Notes: generated from the sequence alone by a model not told the origin. DNA of 52,343 nt from a virus (IMGVR_UViG_3300037761_000202:1-52343), one strand, 5' to 3'; positions 1 through 6,738 are shown, numbered from the stretch's first letter. Numbers and translations: made by a program.

Positions 1-127
1 ACGTGGTAGCCGAGCCAACGGCGGCGCCCGCCGATAGTTACTCCGGCGTACCACTTTGCATTCTCGGCATGCCACCAGACGCCCTTGAATCTCGACGTAC
101 CCCGCGACTTCCGCATGTTCCGAAGAT
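1..127. repeat. 127-bp terminal direct repeat (copy 1; copy 2 at 52217-52343), circular-assembly overlap
   Basis: Positions 1-127 are identical to 52217-52343; the repeat falls inside a CDS; 127 is a common assembler k-mer. Confidence 0.95.
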
Positions 128-389
128 TCTGCTGGCTGGTGGCTGCCCGAAGGTTGCTCCGGCGGTTGTCCAGTCCGTCGCCGTTGCGGTGGTCCACCTG
201 CGGCCAGCCCGTTAGGAAGGTGTGCATGAACTGGGTGGTCCAACGGCCGTCCGGCAACATCATGCGTCGCCGTGCGTACGAGTTGACGCCGTCCGTTTGC
301 GCGGCCCACCGATACTGGCTGACCAGAGCGACGTCGGCGACGTCGACAAGGGCCACCAGCCCACGGCTAAGGGGGATCTGGATCGTCAC
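1..389 (-). CDS. HNH-AP2 homing-type endonuclease, 5' part (continues across the circular junction to 52078; about 175 aa)
   Basis: Manual translation from GTG 389: MTIQIPLSRGLVALVD...MHTFLTGWPQVDHRNGDGLDNRRSNLRAATSQQNLRNMRKSRGTSRFKGVWW; HNH motif DHxNG-x4-N-x2-SNL followed by AP2; GTGA overlap with the RHH stop. Confidence 0.9.
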   Translation of the reverse strand, partial: MTIQIPLSRGLVALVDVADVALVSQYRWAAQTDGVNSYARRRMMLPDGRWTTQFMHTFLTGWPQVDHRNGDGLDNRRSNLRAATSQQNLRNMRKSRGTSRFKGVWWHAENAKWYAGVTIGGRRRWLGYH

Positions 390-571
390 GACTGGCCCTC
401 CTCCCCCGGTGGCTCGCGGCGGTGGCGTGCGACGTAGCGCTCCAGCCCGCGGCGCACCACCTCCGGGACGGTCTCCTTACGCTCGGCAGCGGTGCCCATC
501 GCGGCATGCCACAGCTCGTCGGGTATCCGGATGCTACGACGCGGGTGGCCGTAGCTCGGGTCATTGGCCAT
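386..571 (-). CDS. Ribbon-helix-helix DNA-binding protein
   Basis: MANDPSYGHPRRSIRIPDELWHAAMGTAAERKETVPEVVRRGLERYV; RxIRIPDELW...VVRxxLxxY is the Arc/CopG-like pattern; probably leaderless (TACCCT 6 nt upstream). Confidence 0.8.
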   Translation of the reverse strand: MANDPSYGHPRRSIRIPDELWHAAMGTAAERKETVPEVVRRGLERYVARHRREPPGEEGQS

Positions 572-589
572 ACCGCCAGGGTACGCCAA

Positions 590-671
590 CTGTCACGACA
601 GCGCATCAGCCTAATGTCATGACAGCTCTAACCGAAAGTACTAGCCTCAGACCTTGCAGCTGTCGTGACAG
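590..671. promoter_or_regulatory. Three palindromic operators TGTCRYGACAG (590-601, 614-625, 660-671)
   Basis: CTGTCACGACAG, ATGTCATGACAG, CTGTCGTGACAG; first and third are exact inverted copies and each sits in the spacer of a divergent promoter. Confidence 0.75.
629..646 (+). repeat. Second copy of putative recombinase core site TAACCGAAAGTAnnAGCC (other copy 47351-47368)
   Basis: 12-bp exact AT-rich match plus AGCC (16/18) to the site inside the repressor gene, same orientation. Confidence 0.6.
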
Positions 672-682
672 CCATGTACAGT
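654..682 (+). promoter_or_regulatory. Strong housekeeping-sigma promoter for the rightward early operon
   Basis: TTGCAG-N17-TACAGT with an operator in the spacer. Confidence 0.75.
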
Positions 683-689
683 AGAGATA

Positions 690-1110
690 CAAGCAAGGGA
701 ACACAGAACTTCACAGAGGGTCCCAGGCCAAATGAGAAAAGCGGCCACCGCGGGTAGAACCGCCCCGGGACGAAGGAGGACCTGCAGCCTCCTAGCTGGC
801 GCGGCTGACCCGTCACGCGGCGATGTGCTCCCCGGACTGGCTCAGCGGGAACCGGGGATAGGCCGAGGTCGCCCCCATCAATGAGCCCTACACCCGCGCC
901 AGCTAGGAGGATGCAGGAACGCAGGGTCCTGCAGCCTCCAGCACAGCCAGCGCCCAGCGAACCCGACACCGGGGGAAGCCGCGCGGCACGGCAAGGTCAC
1001 GGTCTGGGCGTGGCCGCTAGTCGTAGCCGCTATACCCGCTCCGCTTGCGGACCATGCGGATGAAAGAGCAGCGTCGCTGGCTGTGCCGGTGGAGGCAGGA
1101 CCGAGAGAGG
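690..1110 (+). ncRNA. Putative long structured leader RNA or ncRNA
   Basis: No credible CDS; 781-804 pairs with 894-917 (23/24); 925-952 pairs with 1075-1102 with two bulges; both 5' arms share CCTGCAGCCTCC. Confidence 0.55.
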
Positions 1111-1121
1111 ACAGGAACGCT

Positions 1122-1346
1122 ATGACCATCTACACCTTGTTTTGCAACAGCGGTTACCTGGGTGCCTTCCGGGAGCGTGAGGCTGCGCAGGCAGCCGCCC
1201 GGGCGAGGGCCGAGTACCGCGACGAGCCGTACCCCGACGAGGCTGTGACCTGGGAGGAGGACGCGACGGGCCGTAAGACCCGCTGGATCATGAGCGTCGG
1301 TGGCAGCTGGAGCGGCTACCACGTCACCGAGGATCAGCTGGGCTGA
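1122..1346 (+). CDS. Hypothetical early protein (74 aa)
   Basis: ATG 1122 after GAGAGGACAGGA; GC3-biased codons. Confidence 0.75.
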   Translation: MTIYTLFCNSGYLGAFREREAAQAAARARAEYRDEPYPDEAVTWEEDATGRKTRWIMSVGGSWSGYHVTEDQLG

Positions 1347-1502
1347 CCGGGCCGGGGTTCCGGGTGCCGGAGCTCCACCGTCGGCCACACTGGCACCCAC
1401 CACCCACCACCCACCACCGAGAGGTTGATCTTGATGCGTACGTACTGGTCCGAGACGCTGGGCCGAGTCACCATCCCCACCGACGACACTGAGGAGACCA
1501 CC

Positions 1503-1925
1503 ATGACCAAGAGCTTCGAGTCCGCCAGCACCCCGATCAGCATGGGCGGCTGGAAGTACAACCCGAACGACGCGCAGGACGTTGCCGACTTCGAGAACTT
1601 CGGCGCCGACGAGCTCCGGGGCCTGGAGCGTAACGACGGCTACGACTTCTCGCAGCACCCGGCTATCGACCCCGGCGAGACCGACTGGGGCATCCTGACC
1701 GCCTACGACACCGGCCGGGAGATCCGCCCGGCGACCTCCGCCGAGCACGCCCGGTCGGTGGCGGCCGGCGAGACCGGCGCCTACGCCGATGACGAGCTGG
1801 GCACCGTGTTCGTGGCCGGCGGGCCGGAGTCGGACGACGCCGACGAGGGCTGCCCCGGGCATGAGTCGCTGGGCGGTGCCCACATGGGCGAGTCGGTCTA
1901 CTGCGATGGCACCTGCCAGGCCTGA
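1503..1925 (+). CDS. Acidic hypothetical protein with C-terminal CxGH...YCDGxC motif
   Basis: RBS GAGGAG before ATG 1503; ends CPGHESLGGAHMGESVYCDGTCQA. Confidence 0.8.
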   Translation: MTKSFESASTPISMGGWKYNPNDAQDVADFENFGADELRGLERNDGYDFSQHPAIDPGETDWGILTAYDTGREIRPATSAEHARSVAAGETGAYADDELGTVFVAGGPESDDADEGCPGHESLGGAHMGESVYCDGTCQA

Positions 1926-2005
1926 CGCTGCCCGGTCCTCACCCGCTCCGGCGGGCGGGGGCCGAGTGGTGGAGCAGACCCACCACCCGACCGAAGGAGT
2001 AGATC

Positions 2006-2473
2006 ATGACCTACCCACTCACACCCACAGCACCCACCATGCCCACCGCACCCATCCAGCCGGCCCAGCCGGTACGGCGTAGGCCTCCCGCGTGGCTGGT
2101 GGTCAGCTTCACCGGCCTGGCTAGCCTGCTCATCGGGATCGGCATCGGCGGCAGCGGCGACGCCACCGCCCCCGCGGCCACCAGCCCGCCGCCCGCAGCG
2201 GTCGTCACCGTCCCGGCCGCGTGCCTGGACGCCCTGGACGACGCTGAGGAGCTGATGGCGATCACCAGCGAGTTCGCCGGCATCGTCGAGGGCCTGCCGA
2301 TGATGGTCTACGAAGCGGCCCAGGCCGGCGCGTCGTACGACACCGCGGCCATCGATGGACTGACTGCACGGCTGGAGGAGATCACGGTGGAGGTGGAGGG
2401 GCTGACCGCGCGGGTCAGCTCGTCGGGGTACCGGGACCAGGCGGCCCAGTGCCGCGACGCGGCCGGCGAGTAG
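2006..2473 (+). CDS. Single-pass membrane protein with Cys-bracketed extracellular helical domain
   Basis: RBS AAGGAG; TM WLVVSFTGLASLLIGIGIGG; VPAACLDALDDAE...AAQC. Confidence 0.8.
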   Translation: MTYPLTPTAPTMPTAPIQPAQPVRRRPPAWLVVSFTGLASLLIGIGIGGSGDATAPAATSPPPAAVVTVPAACLDALDDAEELMAITSEFAGIVEGLPMMVYEAAQAGASYDTAAIDGLTARLEEITVEVEGLTARVSSSGYRDQAAQCRDAAGE

Positions 2474-2568
2474 CCGCTAGGAGCGGTCCCGGGGCGCACC
2501 CTGGGACCGCCCCCCAAATCCGTGGGTGCGCTACGAGAGCAACGAAAGCAGGAAGGGAGGCGCTGACC

Positions 2569-2946
2569 ATGGCGCACAACGAGGACAAGGGGCCGGTGAT
2601 CGTCACGCTGACCTGCGAGGCGCGTGAGGGTACCGGCACCGTGGAGATCAGCCGGGCTGAGTGGGATGCGATGACGCCCGCCCAGCGTCGGGCGAGGGTC
2701 GAAGACGAGGCGGATCAGCACGTCAACGACCAGGGCGGCTACGGCTGGTGCATCGACGACTCGGACGATGATGCGTCGGTAGGCGAGCCAGGCAATCCGG
2801 AGCCGGACCCGCTGCGGGAGCTGGCCGAGTGGCTGGTGTCCCTGGAGGAGCTGCTGCCGGAGGTGACCACGACCGCCGCGGAGACGCGGCTGGCGGAGGC
2901 GACTATCCGCGCTCGGGAGGCGCTGGGCCGGACCGGGGAGAGGTGA
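2569..2946 (+). CDS. Hypothetical acidic protein
   Basis: RBS GGGAGG before ATG 2569; MAHNEDKGPVIVTLTCEA... Confidence 0.75.
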   Translation: MAHNEDKGPVIVTLTCEAREGTGTVEISRAEWDAMTPAQRRARVEDEADQHVNDQGGYGWCIDDSDDDASVGEPGNPEPDPLRELAEWLVSLEELLPEVTTTAAETRLAEATIRAREALGRTGER

Positions 2947-3181
2947 CGGCGACGAACCGGCCCCGACCCGGCTGGTACTCCACCAGCCGCCGCTCCTCCA
3001 GCAGGATCATCGCCCGCTGGATCGTGGACCGGCTGGTTGAGTACAGCTGCATCAGGTCCGCGAACGGCAGCGGGGCACCCGGCGGGTACTGCCCGCGGCG
3101 GATGCGCGCCTGCAGGTCGTCCGCGATCTCGCGGCCGGTCATGCGGATCAAGGTTTGACTCCCGGTCTGGCTACCGACCAT
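2903..3181 (-). CDS. GntR-family winged-helix regulator (DNA-binding domain only)
   Basis: REIADDLQARIRRGQYPPGAPLP...YSTSRSTIQRAMILLEERRLVEYQPGRGRFV; RBS GGGAGG. Confidence 0.9.
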   Translation of the reverse strand: MVGSQTGSQTLIRMTGREIADDLQARIRRGQYPPGAPLPFADLMQLYSTSRSTIQRAMILLEERRLVEYQPGRGRFVAVTSPRSGPAPPERG

Positions 3182-3216
3182 CGTCGCGACACCTCCCATC
3201 CGGTGCAAGCCCTGGG

Positions 3217-3246
3217 TTGACTGAGCGCACTCAGTGCACCTACCCT
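3217..3246 (+). promoter_or_regulatory. Rightward promoter overlapped by palindrome ACTGAG-CGCA-CTCAGT (probable GntR operator)
   Basis: TTGACT-N18-TACCCT; palindrome 3220-3235; divergent from the GntR gene. Confidence 0.6.
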
Positions 3247-3414
3247 AACGGCAGGTACCCCCCGGTCTGGCGATTGGCGGGGTGGCCGCCCGGCGTCGGG
3301 CCGGGGCCACGTGCAAGGGGCACCGCCCCCGGCCCGGCACCGGCGGGCCGCAGCCGTCCCGGCCGCCCTGTCCGACGGGTGGGCGGCCGGGACAGACCCC
3401 GACGGGAGGTGGCA

Positions 3415-3582
3415 GTGGGCGAGCAGGACGAACCTCGGGGCCGCGACGACTGGCCTACGGGCTGGATCGTGACCGCGCTGCATCACGGTCAGAGTGTGTG
3501 GCCGGAGCTGACCCGCCGATGGCGGGAGCAGCGGCCGGTCAACGGCGTGGACATTGCTCGCGATGTGCCGGAGGGGGGTTAG
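3415..3582 (+). CDS. Small Trp-rich hypothetical protein (55 aa)
   Basis: GGGAGG then GTG 3415; followed by a hairpin. Confidence 0.55.
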   Translation: MGEQDEPRGRDDWPTGWIVTALHHGQSVWPELTRRWREQRPVNGVDIARDVPEGG

Positions 3583-3607
3583 GCGGGCTGACCCTGGGCA
3601 CACGGAG

Positions 3608-3645
3608 GGGAGCCCTCCCGGGCCACCAAGTCCGGGAGGGCTCCC
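3608..3645. terminator. GC hairpin between convergent genes
   Basis: GGGAGCCCTCCCGG...CCGGGAGGGCTCCC 14-bp stem, no U-tract (common in actinomycetes). Confidence 0.6.
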
Positions 3646-3698
3646 ACTCACCCACCACCCGCCGCGCTCCGCCAGCGCAGCCGAGTTATGCCATTCGG

Positions 3699-3914
3699 TC
3701 AGGGGCGGAAATCACCCTTGTCCGCGTTCGGCGGCTTCGGGTCCTCCGACTCGTTGGTGTTGCCGCCCTTGTTGACGCAGATCCACCCGCCGTCGGACGG
3801 GTTCGCGGTCGCTTCCTGCCCGGGTGGGCAGGTGATCGGGTCTGCGTGCGCCGGGCTCGCGCCGGCGCCGACACCGGCGGCGACCAGCGCCGCGATGATG
3901 ATCAGCTTTCGCAT
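3699..3914 (-). CDS. Small secreted protein with two Cys
   Basis: Signal peptide MRKLIIIAALVAAGVGAGASPAHA-D; mature region TCPPG...GWICV. Confidence 0.8.
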   Translation of the reverse strand: MRKLIIIAALVAAGVGAGASPAHADPITCPPGQEATANPSDGGWICVNKGGNTNESEDPKPPNADKGDFRP

Positions 3915-3936
3915 GGTGCTCTCCTCTACCTCGGTC

Positions 3937-4173
3937 CTATTGTCTCGCGGCCCGCCGACGCTTGCGCCGGTAGGCCAGCCAGAAGTGAATCGGAACCCAC
4001 AGAACGAGAGCGCCGATGGCAGCGAAGGCGGCCTCCATCGGGACCGCGCCTACGATCTCGGTGGTCCATGGCCGAGTCGCCGGGCTAGCGTCGCACGCGG
4101 CCAGGATCTCCATGCCGATGACCAGCCCGGTCAGGCCTAAGAACGCGATCCGCCAACGGGTGGCCGCGCTCAT
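3937..4173 (-). CDS. Two-TM membrane protein with basic C-tail (holin-like)
   Basis: Two hydrophobic segments, ends YRRKRRRAARQ; TGATG coupling to the upstream gene. Confidence 0.7.
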   Translation of the reverse strand: MSAATRWRIAFLGLTGLVIGMEILAACDASPATRPWTTEIVGAVPMEAAFAAIGALVLWVPIHFWLAYRRKRRRAARQ

Positions 4174-4487
4174 CAGCGTTCCCGCGTGAACGTCACTTCG
4201 CACCAGCCGTCAGCGGTCGAGACAGCCTCGAACTTCGGCCAGCCGTGCTTCATCCCGATCAGCTCCAGCTGGGGCACCAGCGCGGCATGCACCATCGGAT
4301 ACCGCAGTGTGACGGCCGGGCCGGACGCCGCCACCTGTAGGGCCTGGTCGATCGCGCCAGCTTGCCAGCCGGCCGCGAACGCCGAATCGTCGTACGGGCC
4401 GCCCTTGGACTGGCAGACCACGAACGGCATGACCAGCTCCATGCCGTCGCCGTCGTCGTTGGGCTGGTAGTCGGTCGGCTCGCTCAC
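4173..4487 (-). CDS. Hypothetical protein
   Basis: GTGA-coupled; LVMPFVVCQSKGGPYDDSAFAAGW. Confidence 0.75.
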   Translation of the reverse strand: MSEPTDYQPNDDGDGMELVMPFVVCQSKGGPYDDSAFAAGWQAGAIDQALQVAASGPAVTLRYPMVHAALVPQLELIGMKHGWPKFEAVSTADGWCEVTFTRER

Positions 4488-4810
4488 CGCGCCGGCTCCA
4501 GCTCGCGGGCGCCGGTCAGCTCCGGCTCCACGCCACTCTCGTCGATCACGCACGCCTCATCTGCCCAGACCGTGCCGGGTAGGCCGCACACGCCCCAGTG
4601 CCGGTGTTCGGCCATGAACCCGCCGGCCGCCCGGGCGATGGGTGCGTGCCGGTCGCACGAGGCCAGCGAGACGTCGCCCCACGAGGCGGACATGGTCCGC
4701 ACGTGCACGGTGGCCGGCTCGCCACACGGCGGGCCGTGCCCGGTCGGGCCGTGGTACTGGCAGACGCCGCGGTAGTCGGTGCTGGCCGGGCCGACGCCGG
4801 GCTCGCTCAC
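4484..4810 (-). CDS. Cys/His-rich hypothetical protein
   Basis: GTGA-coupled to the holin; CQYHG...CGEPATVH...SCDRH...VC. Confidence 0.7.
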   Translation of the reverse strand: MSEPGVGPASTDYRGVCQYHGPTGHGPPCGEPATVHVRTMSASWGDVSLASCDRHAPIARAAGGFMAEHRHWGVCGLPGTVWADEACVIDESGVEPELTGARELEPAR

Positions 4811-5052
4811 CGCTGGGCCTCCTGACGCGCCGCCCGGTCCGCCATGCCCCGCAGCTCGTGCGCGGTCAACGACGGTAGCGGCGCCGGCTGCGGGATGCCG
4901 TACACCGCGCCGTAGATGCCGACCACCGCGGACGCGACCAGCACCCACTCCAGCGGCGTCACGGTACCGTCGGCCAGCGCGGTGCCCAGCGCGCCCAGCC
5001 CGGCGAGCACCCCGCCGGTGATCGCCTTGGCCTGCTCCCGTGGTGTGGCCAT
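4807..5052 (-). CDS. Holin
   Basis: KAITGGVLAGLGALGTALADGTVTPLEWVLVASAVVGIYGAVYGIP, actinophage holin pattern, in the lysis cassette. Confidence 0.75.
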   Translation of the reverse strand: MATPREQAKAITGGVLAGLGALGTALADGTVTPLEWVLVASAVVGIYGAVYGIPQPAPLPSLTAHELRGMADRAARQEAQR

Positions 5053-5066
5053 CGTCCTCGTCTCCC

Positions 5067-5423
5067 TCAGTCGCATCGTAGGCTCGGCGGCTCCGGCACC
5101 GGGTTCGCGGCCAGCGCAGCCCGGTAGGCGTCACTGGCGTCCAGGTAGGCGGCCAGCGCCGCCGCAAACTCTGCCTCATCCGCCGCCGCGACGGCCCGGA
5201 CCAGCCGGTCCAGCGCGTCGGCCCGCACCCCGGCCAGCTGACCGAGCAGGGAGGTCCGCGCCACGCTGGCGTCCCCCCACGCCTGGGTGCACGCGATGAT
5301 CCGGTCCTGCTCCCTGGCCAGCTGCTCCAGCCGCAGGAAGCCGGGCACGAACACGACCGCCAGCATGAGCAGCATGACCGCGTACGGGTGACCGCTCAGC
5401 CAGCGGACAATCCGGCGGATCAC
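5067..5423 (-). CDS. N-terminal TM plus helical lysis-associated protein
   Basis: TM then Ala-rich helix, ends PVPEPPSLRCD. Confidence 0.7.
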   Translation of the reverse strand: MIRRIVRWLSGHPYAVMLLMLAVVFVPGFLRLEQLAREQDRIIACTQAWGDASVARTSLLGQLAGVRADALDRLVRAVAAADEAEFAAALAAYLDASDAYRAALAANPVPEPPSLRCD

Positions 5424-5427
5424 GGCG

Positions 5428-5517
5428 TCAGCTCGCCAACCACAGCATGAACGACACCACCGCCGCCGCGGTCAGGTAGATGATCGTGACCGGGTACCGC
5501 TTAGTCAGCGTTCCCAT
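5428..5517 (-). CDS. 29-aa single-TM peptide (not in ORF track)
   Basis: MGTLTKRYPVTIIYLTAAAVVSFMLWLAS; GAGGAGG upstream; fills the gap in the lysis operon. Confidence 0.6.
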   Translation of the reverse strand: MGTLTKRYPVTIIYLTAAAVVSFMLWLAS

Positions 5518-5707
5518 TGCGTCGCCTCCTCGCCTCATCGACCCTCATAACCACGGGTGAGAGCAGGATCGCGCCGAGGAAGCTCAGCACAGCCGCCCGG
5601 GCGCCGCCGAGCGTGATCTCCCACATGGTCAGCGCCAGCGCCACGCTCACCACGGCGGTGTCCCGGACCGGCCGGCTCACCCACCGGTCCTCGACGCCTG
5701 GGGTCAT
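5501..5707 (-). CDS. Two-TM membrane protein (holin/antiholin candidate)
   Basis: ATGA overlap with the endolysin stop; two hydrophobic helices, basic tail. Confidence 0.7.
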   Translation of the reverse strand: MTPGVEDRWVSRPVRDTAVVSVALALTMWEITLGGARAAVLSFLGAILLSPVVMRVDEARRRRNGNAD

Positions 5708-6738
5708 GCCGCCAGCCGCCGGGCGAGCTCGTCCACCACCGCGGCCGCGTCCCGCTCGCCGCTGGTGGCCTGCCGCACCAGCTCCGCCAACTCCGCCCGC
5801 TCCGCCGCCGCCGCCGCCTCGGCGAGCTCCCGCGCCGTGTCCATCTCCGCCAGCCGGATGCTGACCTCCAGGTGGTGCTGGTCGATCCTGGCCAACACGG
5901 CCAGCGTGTCGCTGCCGGTGACCGCGGCCAGCACCGCCTCCAGCAGCTCCCGGTCGCGGATCTGACCCGGTGCCGAGCCGTCGTGGACCTGCCGCAGCAG
6001 CGTCCCGTAGGAGGCGCCGGCGGTCGGGTTCTCCCGCTGCCACACGTCGGCCGCGGTCCTGGCGCGGCCGGCCGGCGCCGAGCCCATGGCCGCGTAGCCG
6101 AGCAGCCCGGCGGCGACCCGCGACCAGTTGTCGGGCAGGGTGTCGTCGGCGAGGGCGGTGATCTGCGCGCCGCTTCCGTCGCGGTTCAGGCTCTCGGTCC
6201 ACATGCTGTCTCCCTCGATCAGCTCGGCGACCCGGCCGCGGAAGGCGGCCATGCCGAATGTCGGGTCGCTCTTGTCTCCGGGCTGGTGCTCCTTGTGCCC
6301 GACCAGCCGGCCGGCCAGCCAGCCCATCCGGGTGCAGATCGCCGCCCAGCCGCGGGCGTACGCCTCGTACTGCACAGCCGGCCATGGCTCGGTCCGGTTG
6401 TCGTTGTTGGCTTCCACCCCGAGCAGGTTGGTGTTGCCGAGCCCGGCGGCGGGGCCGGCCCAACCGGTCAGGGCGGTGTTGCACCGGCCCGACGCGAGCA
6501 CATGCCACCGGCCCGTGCGGTCGACGCAGCAGTTGGCGATCGGCCCGGCCAGGGTGGCGTGGCCGTCGCGGACGATCCGCACCTGGTCCTCATCGGCCTG
6601 GCTGGCTGGTGCGGCGGTGGCGTGGACGATCCCGTACTGGGGCGCCCACGGCTCAAACCCGCGCGTCTGCCACCCGATGTGAGGCACCACCTGCAGGCCG
6701 GCGTCGGCGAGCACGTCGACCAGCCACAGAGCACGCAT
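5704..6738 (-). CDS. Endolysin, N-acetylmuramoyl-L-alanine amidase (Amidase_2)
   Basis: GWQTRG...IVHATA...GVEANN...GHKEH...KSDP Zn-amidase motifs, directly after the tail genes. Confidence 0.9.
   Translation of the reverse strand: MRALWLVDVLADAGLQVVPHIGWQTRGFEPWAPQYGIVHATAAPASQADEDQVRIVRDGHATLAGPIANCCVDRTGRWHVLASGRCNTALTGWAGPAAGLGNTNLLGVEANNDNRTEPWPAVQYEAYARGWAAICTRMGWLAGRLVGHKEHQPGDKSDPTFGMAAFRGRVAELIEGDSMWTESLNRDGSGAQITALADDTLPDNWSRVAAGLLGYAAMGSAPAGRARTAADVWQRENPTAGASYGTLLRQVHDGSAPGQIRDRELLEAVLAAVTGSDTLAVLARIDQHHLEVSIRLAEMDTARELAEAAAAAERAELAELVRQATSGERDAAAVVDELARRLAA

Noticed and set aside
1-127. Biological direct terminal repeat
   Set aside because: Length equals a common assembler k-mer, it lies mid-gene, and the HNH-terS-terL layout points to cos ends near 29.7 kb
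85-684. 199-aa plus-strand ORF over the HNH and RHH genes
   Set aside because: Antisense shadow ORF; only its last 14 codons matter, as the potential alternative repressor tail after recombination
713-776. Hammerhead-like CAGAGG-GUCCC...GGGAC-GAAG
   Set aside because: Core deviates from CUGANGA/GAAA and stems I and III with an NUH site could not be built
785-806. Resemblance to the HDV ribozyme P3/L3 segment (CAGCCUCCUCGCUGGCGCCGGCU)
   Set aside because: No upstream P1 partner, no GG for P1.1, no J4/2 catalytic C context, and the segment is tied up in the 23-bp stem
1396-1418. CCACCAC tandem microrepeat
   Set aside because: C/A-rich unstructured spacers before RBSs are common in actinophages; no spacer-repeat structure
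2471-2566. Stop-codon readthrough signal (UAG, spacer, pseudoknot)
   Set aside because: Readthrough would add only about 30 aa and end at TGA 2564-2566, out of frame with the next gene
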